A DNA stretch of 64,000 bases, taken from the NCBI GenBank assembly GCA_964057225.1, contig OZ059895.1, positions 18,724,001 to 18,788,000 on the forward strand, given 5' to 3'. This document shows positions 54,299-64,000 of the stretch, piece after piece. Both the position numbers and the translations under genes were made by a program. The DNA is from Auanema rhodensis (lineage: Eukaryota; Animalia; Nematoda). The notes under the pieces are model-generated. The model did not search any database, was not told where the DNA came from, and saw only the letters and a program-made list of their open reading frames with translations. Each line of letters opens with the position of its first letter. The first letter of the stretch is position 1.

Positions 54299-55939
54299 TT
54301 TCTCTCTCTCTTTCTCTATCTTTTATCTCCCTCTCTCTTCTCTTTCTAAAGTCTGATTTCAATAAAAAAAGGAACTTTTTTGCTCCTCTCAAAGTCCATC
54401 TGGCTTTAAGACTCATTTCCTACATTATGTTCCAAATTTCTGTTCGAATCTAATGTTCGATCCAATGATTGTCAACAGATTTTTGAAGAAAATTAAATAT
54501 CATCATATTCTCTAAAAGCTTTAGAAAAGTTTTAAAAATTTTTCTCAGAGTACCTTTTTTCTTTTCAAAAAAACAAAAACAACTGCTGTCCTATGGACGG
54601 ACGCCGTTTAGTTCAAGCTAAAGTGGTAGCTCGAACAACATTTTTCAGTCATGCAGATGACAAAAAAAATTACTGAGATAGGTGCAAGAAAAGAGAGAAA
54701 GAGAGGGCAAACTTACGAAAGAAAACCCAAGAAAAGTGTCTTCCAAGTTTAATCTTATTAATTATCAGAAAACTTTGTTTATACATGGAAAATTATTGTG
54801 AACGACGTCAGTTGTTGTCGTCATAATACTCCATTTACTTGAATCTTGTGCTCATGGAGACGTCATCTATACATCAATCTCACGTTCCCATCGTCGTCGT
54901 CGTGTCTATTCTGAACCAAATAGAATTGTTTCTGAAAAAAGTTTTTTCTTCTTGTCATTTCAGCTTATATCCATGAGTTTATTTTCTTTTTCTTTTTCGT
55001 TTTCTTCATTTCATATAAACATTGTAATTACAAAACTATTTACTAGTTTTTTTGTTTTCATTTGAACATGTTTTTTCAAAATTTCAGACTTTAACTCTAA
55101 GAAATGAAGACTTTTATCTTCATTTTAAGCTTTAAAATATATATTTTTTCTTAATTTTACAACTTATTCAGTAGCATATCTATAATTATTGAAAACTTTA
55201 TTCAAGTTTTATTGCACGTATGCCCATTCGTACTCATTCTACAACTATAAATTTCAATTTCAAGCTTCATTTCAAGGCTTTCAATGTTTTTTGATGAGAA
55301 TTTATGAGAAAATCCTTCACAAATACAGCATTCATATGAACATATTGTTTTCTGTGTTTTGTCATTAGTAATAAGAAAAGTCAGTTACACACATGACCGC
55401 AGTGCCTTATGCACATATCGCCTTAAGCTACATTCATATATGCTTCAGCTTTTGGATATGTTCCAGCTTCTCTCAGCATTTATTAAAACCTATTCTGTTG
55501 CAATATCCCAACAAACACAACTATATTTGATGTAAATTTGAGAAAACTTTTCTGAAACCAATCATTCTTCTTAGATTAGTTGGGACTTGATTTTGGACAT
55601 TTTGATTCAAGACATGCAAAAGCCTAATATATCTCAAATAACCTCGCCGCTTTAACTCCCCCCTCTCTCTCTCTTTCTCTCTCTCTGTGGCTATCTCCTA
55701 TTTATCGCTCTCCACCCTCCATCTCAATTCCCTTATTTCAATCTTTCATGCTTGACGCTAAATTTTTTTCTTGTGTTTCTCACTTGCCGACAAGATTTCA
55801 TACACGAATTCAGTCATTTGGTATTATATTTGCATTGTTTATTTTATAATTGTCTTCACTACTTCTTCATGTTTTAGAGAGAGAGAGAGTGTGTTTAAAA
55901 AGAACATTGACAAGGTGGGATAGAGAGAGAGATAGAGAG

Positions 55940-55979
<40 letters not shown>

Positions 55980-57964
55980 TGTGGTATAGAGAATTACTCT
56001 CCATATATTTATCAACTACTTTCTTTTTTTAGTTGTTTTTTTGTTACCAAACACGTGATTTTTATATGTATCGAACGTCCTTTCAAGAAAAAAAATTGTG
56101 AATTCTTTATGGGGATACATATGTCACCACAAACCCCTCAGGGCATAAAATGTCCCCTCTTTCATGTATTTTCTCTCATATGTCTTCAAAGTGAATTTTG
56201 TAAAATAAACCCAAAATCTGTCTTATGGCTGCTCCTAACCCTGAGCTTCATTTCTTTATTCTTCCTTTTCCTCCTATTACTCAATCTATTTCTGAACAAC
56301 TTACTTGGTTAAATCAAGTCATTGGTCATGTTTAACAAGAAAAGACAATAGAACTTATATTTTAATTTTGCTCTCAACTTTTTTTTGGAAACAAATTTGT
56401 TTTTTTTTCCAAATTAGAGGAAAAAGTTTCAGTTGTTGTCTCTATCATGAAATGTTTTAATGGTCATTCAAGACAACCCAAATGAGATGTTTCCATGAAT
56501 AATCAAGCACTTTTCATCCATAAAAAGAATTAATTGTTGTCTATTGATTATGAAAATGCCATTTTTTTCCCTCTTCAACTAGTATGTCAATGCAAATTTT
56601 TAAAAATTCATTTCATTTTTTTTTATTTTTAAAACTTAAATTTACAAGAAACTATCTGAAATTTAAATGAAGAAGAGAAGCAAAAGAGTTTTATCTTCAA
56701 CATCATTACCATCATTGACCATCATCACAACTTTTCATTTTCTAATTTGCGTTGTGTGTATGTTTCAACTTTTTAGGACGACAAACGTAATTAATGAGAC
56801 AGAATGAGATGGTTTTCGTGTGCCATCCTGCAAAAACAGACAATAGCTTATTCTAAATGATAGATGAAAACGAGGAAGAGACTGAACAGAGATGAAGACA
56901 GAGAGAGTGGATGAGTAATCTTGAGCTCGGCCACGAGCATACGGTGCGCTGTCCCTGCCTCAGTGTTTTGGTTTCTCGATGATGAAGAGTCACAGTCATT
57001 TATTTTAAATTTGATTTGATTTTATCTTTCTGTGCAATTTTTAAACGATTCCGAACGCCCAATATCACAATTTAAACCTTCTTTTCTGTGCACACAAAGA
57101 CAATGAAAGGGAAAAAAAAGAAGAAAATAAAAGCAGGCCCGAGAAGTTGTGTCGAGCTGAGCCGGATCCCACCTAAACGACGACAACCACAAGCATTATA
57201 CACATGTGATCATGCTGCTCATGTTGCTCTATCATACGTATTCCCACTCAGTCGTTCTCTCTCTTTCTGGCTCTTTTTCTTCCTTACCTTTTTACTCTCC
57301 CTCTTATTTCATCATTGTTTTGTTTTTCGATTCCAAAATATACTCGACTATTCTCATTTTTCTCTCAATCTTTTATCCGCTTTCTTCAACCTTCTCCAAC
57401 TTTTTTTCTTCTTTTTTTTTCTCGCAATTTTAGCATCAACGAGTTCACCTAACTCATCGTCACGGCATCTCCGATCTCATATTCTTTCTTCATCCAGTAT
57501 CTCTCTTTAGTCTGCTTCACACCTCATCATCAATTGAAGCATTTCATCATCTTCATCACAACACTCTTATATCTTTTACCTGATTTTTCATATTATTGTT
57601 TATACAGATGTAAATAGACAAACGCACAATCTCTTTCTCTCTCTCTCTCTCTCTCACCCACACACATTCATACATACAATCTTTCATGCTTCATGTAATT
57701 TTGACATGTATTTGATAAATTTTTGAATAACATACTTGAATTATTTAAATTTTTATTTGTTTTATTCATTTCCGTACAGAAAAAAACATTTCTTTTGTAT
57801 TTTTTTAACTTCCATCCTCTCTCTTCTGCAAATCCAATTCATTATGGTTTTACATTTTTTTCTTTTTATTTGAAAATTTAAATTTTAACAAAAATATTTC
57901 AGATATTATGTAGTTGTTGCTTATTATTATCATCATATTCATTATCATCATCATCATTATCAAT

Positions 57965-60900
57965 ATGTGTTTGATTAAAACTTTTTTTTCTCTTTTTCTA
58001 AGCGTTCTAATCGCTGATACTCTGGTTCAGGCTCATGTAAGTTTTAACTAATTTCTTTGTTCTAAATTTAACTTTTTTTGATTTAAGTGGTCAAGAAACA
58101 AGAAAAAAGCTTTAACTTTAAAATATTTGACTAGGTTTTTGTAGTTTATCATTTCGTTTAGTTTGTCATCAGTAATAGGTAAAATACGAAATTCGATTCT
58201 CATTGATAATGACCATTGAAAATGCTTTCAAAATAACTTTTCTTTTACTCAAAAATAGTTTCAAATATCAGTTGGAGTGTTGTTTTGTTGTTGTTGTTCT
58301 CAGTCTCTGTTTTACTTATTTCCTTTTCATATTTCAGTCGGAATCTGGCTCAAAGTGTAGTCAACGATGTCGGCGACTACACGATCGCAGTTTAGCCAGA
58401 ATAAGGTTTGACGACGAAAAAGTTGCTCTCCTTTTCGAGAAGCAGAAGCCGTTGGGAACGCTCAAAGATGTCTGCTGGTATGAAATATATTTTTAAAGTT
58501 TTTTTCAAAAAAAAAAAAAAAGAAATGGAAAAAAAATTGCGAGGAAAGCCATGATGATTGCTCTTCCGCGACGGCAACAATTGTAGATATTGTATTAGCC
58601 GGATACGAAACGGCATATTCGAATGTTAACCAAAAGATTAAATTTAACTTTTTTTCCGTAAAACCCCAAATAAAATTTATTTTCTTCTTTTTATCAGGCG
58701 GATGTACGATTATATGGATTGTATGAAACGATGTCCATCACACAAAGATCATGATAAACTTGTCCGAAATACTCGATTCAAGTGTCGCTCAATACTTAGC
58801 GGTGAGTGATAGTTCTTCTTCGAAACAAAAAGAAAAACATTCAGATAAACATTTTACTTTAGAATATTATTGTTATTGTTTGTAGACTTTGAAGATAAAC
58901 TTACTTGTATTAGTCGATATCATTCTTTCATCGAAGTTCGTTGCTCAAGTTTTGTGAATGAGGCTATTCGTATAAGGAAACAACAATCACTTGACTTAAC
59001 ACCAGATAAAGAAACATGCCGGTACCGTTAATTTTTCATTAAATCAGAAACAAATTTATGTTTTTCAGATATTTACATTTGAATTCTCTATGTTTAGAGA
59101 ATACAGTTAATACATTCTGTCCACGTGCTAAGAAAATCTTCCGTCGATTAAACTTTAGGTTGAAAAATTCTTTTGAGTATATTATTCACAAAGATATTTT
59201 TATCTTATTCAGAGATTACTTTTTAAATTTTATCGTTCCGGAAAATGATTTATTGTTTGATGATGAAGATTTGGATAGTTGCCAAATATATAATTTTGTT
59301 AAATTATCAGGAAAATCTGATGCTGATCATGTTGAAGATGTAAGTTCATTGAATCTTTTTGAAGAAAAAACATTTTGTATCTATTTATATTCTATTGGTA
59401 AACCATACTTAACTATTCCTCTTATACAGGAACTAACGACGTTGCGTAGTCGTTTGGATACGGATGACGACGTTGAAACGGAAACGGAAGAGATGAGCCA
59501 AACGGAACAGATGACGAGCAGTCCGGCAAGTGTGACATTCTTTGCTCCAAGTCCTTCACCATCTAAACGTACTGATAAAAAGGTTTCAGATAACAGGAAT
59601 AATCATATTCTAAATATTAAAAAAATTTTTGTAGGAATTCACTGATCTATTAGAAGATTTACTAAGCACAGATGAATTAATAGATGCAACAACAGTTGCA
59701 ATATTCACATCAAAAGATACAAAGAGAGTATCATCTTTAACAGATGATTTCGAAAGTTCAACTAAGTTGAATGAAAGTACTTCTATTAAGTTTGGCATTG
59801 AGGAAAACACAACTGAAACAACGACATTATCCTCTAGAGAAACAACTGAGTTTCTCAATAAATTGATAGGAAAAATTGAAAAATCGGCCAAGAAAACTTT
59901 AAAAATGCTTGAAGAATCTGAAAAACCTAAGAATATTAGCCAAAAAGAAGATGACGCTATCGACAATCAACTGAATTTCATGGATATTCTTGATGATGAA
60001 ACACCAGAAACACAGATAACTTCTTCAACAATGCCAAATTCAGTGACTCCTGTAAAGATGAGTACAGGTTAGGTTTAAGAAATCTGATAATCTAATGAAC
60101 AATAAAAAATTACAGAGCCTACCATTCAAACAACGACAACACGTCGTCTATTCTCAGACGATTCAATGGAGGATATTCCTCCTAATTTCATGTATTCATC
60201 TGTCCGAGCTCATCGCTATACTGTACCAATGGTAATACTTTGAATTTGGTTAAAAACCTGACTTTGTCCTTTCAATTATAGAAGGAAGAAGATGTAACTC
60301 CAATTAACTTGCATACGTCTACGATGTTTGGAGAAGATTTCAAATCATCTGAATCAACTAGCGGTGTCTCAACTCCAGGAGAAAAATATGAATATAATAA
60401 TAAAGTCAATTCAATGAATGATAAAGAGAACGAAAATCTCGAAATCACAACTATCAGGTTTCTCTTATCCACAACTTAAGTTTTTAACTAAAACTTTGCA
60501 GTATGGGAACATCTCCAGATGCTACAACAATGACACCTTTGCTTCGCCGAGGTCATATCGTACGGAAACCTATTCTAAGCTGGAATGAAGAGGATAAGAG
60601 CTATGGTTAGTTATAAAAACTTTATAATACTCATCCAACCAACTTTAGAGCATGAAACCATTGAAGTAATTCATCAGAATGGGCACAAGAATTCAATACT
60701 TCACAAGAAAACAGGTGACGCACATCATCGTGCAGCTGATGTACGTTTCAACTTGAACATGTAAGATCAATCAGTACATCTGTTTTACAGTATCACGATA
60801 ATGGCTTAGAAGAGATGGAAGATGAAGAAGAAGATGAGGAAGTTGATGATGACTATCAATACGACGATGACATTGATGAAGATTTCTTAAAAACTAATTC

Positions 60901-61114
60901 AATTGAACCAAGTACACATCAAACATCTGAAAATGATTCTGACAATTCTTTAGATTGGAATGAAGTTTCTGAAATTATATTTAATGGAAAGAAGCTTCTT
61001 ATCTTTATCTATCTTATTCTTTTTGCAATTCTATTATTAGCTCTTATCTTTGGATTCTTTTTCTGTTTTTCTTGTAAAAAACGTTCATCTGACTATGAAA
61101 TAGCCAAATATTAA
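57965..61114 (+). CDS. Type I membrane protein: signal peptide, Cys-rich (CPG4-like) domain, Ser/Thr/acidic mucin-like stalk, TM, short tail
   Basis: MCLIKTFFSLFLSVLIADTLVQAH|SESGSKCSQRC...DVCWRMYDYMDCMKRC...LTCISRY...RCSSF...TCRYLHLNSLCLENTVNTFCP; T/S/E/D-rich exons; TM LLIFIYLILFAILLLALIFGFFFCF; tail SCKKRSSDYEIAKY*. The CPG4 assignment comes from Cys spacing only. Confidence 0.8.
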
Positions 61115-61894
61115 TTTGTTTATTACTAATTACATAAAGCATTTCAAGCTTTTATATTTGGGTTACTATTATAATTCTCTGATTATCTCTCTCCATATTA
61201 CATCATCTTAATTCTGTTGGTCATATTTTAGATTCGGAGTTGTGAGCTTCATCATATAATATATTTAATCATTTTATGTATTTTTACAACAACAACAACA
61301 AACAAACAAACAAACAACAAATGGCAATTATTGTATATTTGATCCTAGATGTCCTCTATTGGAACACGGTTCTCTCTCTCTCTCTCTTTGTATTATTACT
61401 ACTGTTTTTCATTTATTCAAGGTTATTATTAGATATTTTAATTAATAAAGTTTTTTGTTCTAATTATGTGCTTATACAACACACCTGGTTATTGCTCAAA
61501 GCTTCAAAGTAGAATAGTATTATAATTATGTTTGTGCCCTTCGGAACTCAATGAGTTGAAATCTGTATTTCATGAATTTCATGATAACAGCATGATGTCA
61601 TAATTCTTGTTTTATACATTTTCATCTTAAAAATGCTTTATCATCTGAATTTAGCTTTCAGATAGCTAGATGATAAGCCATGAAACAAGCTAATCAAGTT
61701 GGCTTTACCCTTTTCCCGGATGTCGAGATCTGGTTTTATCCTCAGTCGCACCTTGACATCTCATCTCAGTTGTAGCGCTAAGCATGTCAGCTAGCAGTAC
61801 GATGCTTTGATCTCATCTCTTCAGTTATAATTTTTACAATTTTTTTTAATTCATAATACATAATTAGCGAAAATATATATTTATTATAGATTAG

Positions 61895-63371
61895 ATGGGG
61901 TGGCTACCATTGGTAGTTACTGCTATCATATCAGTATTAGTAATAGGTAAGTATAGTTAATTCTATATAATATACATATTATAATATTAAATTTTTATTT
62001 TTATTATTACAAAAATTATTTATCAGCACACTGATATGAGTAATAGCAAGTCTTCTTATACGTGAATACGTGAACTTGCTCACGTGAAATCAAATCATTT
62101 CACTTCGTAAATGCTGAGAAAATCGGTTGCTTTGATTTTAGTTTTTTTGGAGCTCTTTAACTAATTTTAAATATTTTTCAGATTGTAGAAGATTAAGATT
62201 ACGTCGTCAAGCTTATCCACCAAATCCAGCACCATTTCAACCACGTCAGGAAGATTACAACTTACCACCATTCTATCAGGTTGATATTTAAAATTCAGAA
62301 GAAAATTATCATATTAGTTTATATGAAAATGAAAACTTTTGGACTTTGAACGATTCAAAGTTGAAAAATCGAATTTCATACGGAAAATGTTTCAGCCCCA
62401 TCCGGGTCGAGATGCTTCATCACTATCACCTGTTTTCCCTTTTCATAGTGAATTCAACAACGGTCTAGATATTAATCCAGGAACACGTGTAACAGTTGAT
62501 GGAAATCTGAATGTTCCCGTACTTGGATGGGGTATATGGGATTATAAAGGTAAAAGCATCAGATTGTGAATGAAGGACGACTTTATCTATAATATGCTGC
62601 TTATAACTTCAACTTAATGAGCAACCTGTTATCCTAATATAGAATATATAGCATAACAATTTATATAATTATAGGAGGAATCAAAGTTGGTCGTCCAAAT
62701 ACAAGAGTTGGATTTGGATCCTTATATGGTCCCACAAATGTTCTTGGAATATCAGCCGATACAGTTGCAACTCTGGCTAAAGATGGCAACTTTAATCAAG
62801 CTAGAGGTCATTCACAAACTTGTTCATATATTTAGAACTAACTCATCTTACTTTATATATAATATCATTATATTTAATTATAATATTATATGATTTTATT
62901 TTGTTTTATTTTAGAAAATGTTCCGTCGGTTCCAGTATCAGTATTGCCTGGAAACTTTGTTCCATTACGTTGCAAGCCACCATTCTGTAATCCATTCGTT
63001 CATAATACTGCATTTGGTATTGATGTTGAACCTGGAGATGATTATCTATTTGATGGAGGAATTGACTTTCCCATCCCACTTGGTCCATCCGGTGTTGGTG
63101 TTCGTTTCCCACTCAACGGTTAGTGTTAACTATATATACATATTAGACATGAGAACCTTTGATAATTAGTCAACTCGGGTTATGCTAATCAATCATTATG
63201 CATGTTTATATTTTATAATTAATTTATATAATTATATGAAACATAACTTGATGATTTTTAGGAGCTGTCAATGTTGGAACAGATCCATTCCTCATTACAT
63301 ATGGTCATGGAATGGGACCTGTTGAACCACCTGGATTTACAAGCAAGAAAAAGCTTCATAGAAGAGATTAA
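61895..63371 (+). CDS. Secreted Pro/Gly-rich protein of unknown function (6 exons)
   Basis: Signal MGWLPLVVTAIISVLVM, RLRLRRQ convertase-like site, PVFPFHSEFNNGLDINPG...CKPPFCNPF...DGGIDFPIPLG...KKKLHRRD*. All junctions in frame. Confidence 0.85.
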
Positions 63372-63648
63372 TAATTTCTTAATTATATATTATAATATTA
63401 ATAATATAATTATAAAAATAAATAATAATATTACTATTAACCATTTCTTAAAATCTTATTTTACAAATAAAAATAAAACAAGTTTAAAAGTGAAATTAAT
63501 TTTTAACTTTCATCATGGAGATAACGGATATTTTTAGATAATTTTAGTGTTAAAAACGAAAATGATTAATCAGAAGACATTTGAGAACCGGATCAGTTTT
63601 CTCATTCTTCTTTGACCCCAATGTCACAATTCATATTACCCCCCTGAT

Positions 63649-64000
63649 ATGCGTCTAGATTATCGTCTACATTCAATTTTTATACTATTATTATGTAAGT
63701 TTAAATACATTATCATGTTGATTACAAAACCTTTAATAGGTATTCCGATAAGCTTACTTCAAAAATATGGAAATGACGAGCCACTTGTTGTACCTATTCA
63801 AGGACCTCAAGCTCAATTTCCAGCTCTTATAACAGCTGATAACTTTCCCCTTTTCCCTTTTACTGATCAATTTTCTACAGGATTTGAAATTAATCCTGCA
63901 AACAAAGTTGTAAGTTGCTTATTCCAAAGCTTGAGATGTTGAAGTTGATAAAATTCTTTCTTGTAGTCCATGGCTGGTGATATCAATATACCCGTGCCTG
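63649..64000 (+). CDS. Tandem paralog of the preceding secreted protein (partial, runs off the window)
   Basis: FPLFPFTDQFSTGFEINPANKVSMAGDINIPVP aligns by eye with SPVFPFHSEFNNGLDINPGTRVTVDGNLNVPVL. GT-AG introns at ~63694-63739 and ~63910-63966. Confidence 0.8.

Noticed and set aside
55395-55410. miR-124-like sequence on the minus strand (TAAGGCACTGCGG)
   Set aside because: No complementary arm for a pre-miRNA, and it diverges after the seed.

Overview
AT-rich eukaryotic DNA with many ~40-60 nt introns and TTTCAG/TTTTAG acceptors. The gene families point to a nematode, probably rhabditid (inference). The window opens inside a homogeneous tandem array with a 200-bp unit (1-1830) that stops abruptly ~310 bp from the stop codon of an amino-acid transporter gene. 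Manually spliced genes, in order: Aa_trans transporter (-), secreted PLA2 (+), synaptotagmin-like Rab effector (-), DUF273 glycosyltransferase-like (-), a large ABCA/abt-2-like transporter (+), a dhs-type SDR (+), COG3 and NXT1 (-, probable operon), a srab/sra-like chemoreceptor (-), a Cys-rich/mucin-like type I membrane protein (+), and two tandem paralogous secreted proteins (+, the second cut by the window end). The ABCA gene hosts an intronic antisense tRNA-Val(AAC), a small MITE, a candidate cassette exon and four GC-AG introns. Most ORF-track entries are exon fragments or artefacts of (GA)n/(TC)n microsatellites. The best novelty candidate is the 200-bp array: each unit contains a ~105-nt segment that can close a GGGAC/GTCCC stem directly followed by T5, like a Pol III ncRNA gene, and its sharp edge could be a programmed-DNA-elimination boundary. 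Both ideas are hypotheses. Exon coordinates were read by eye and may be off by a few bases.
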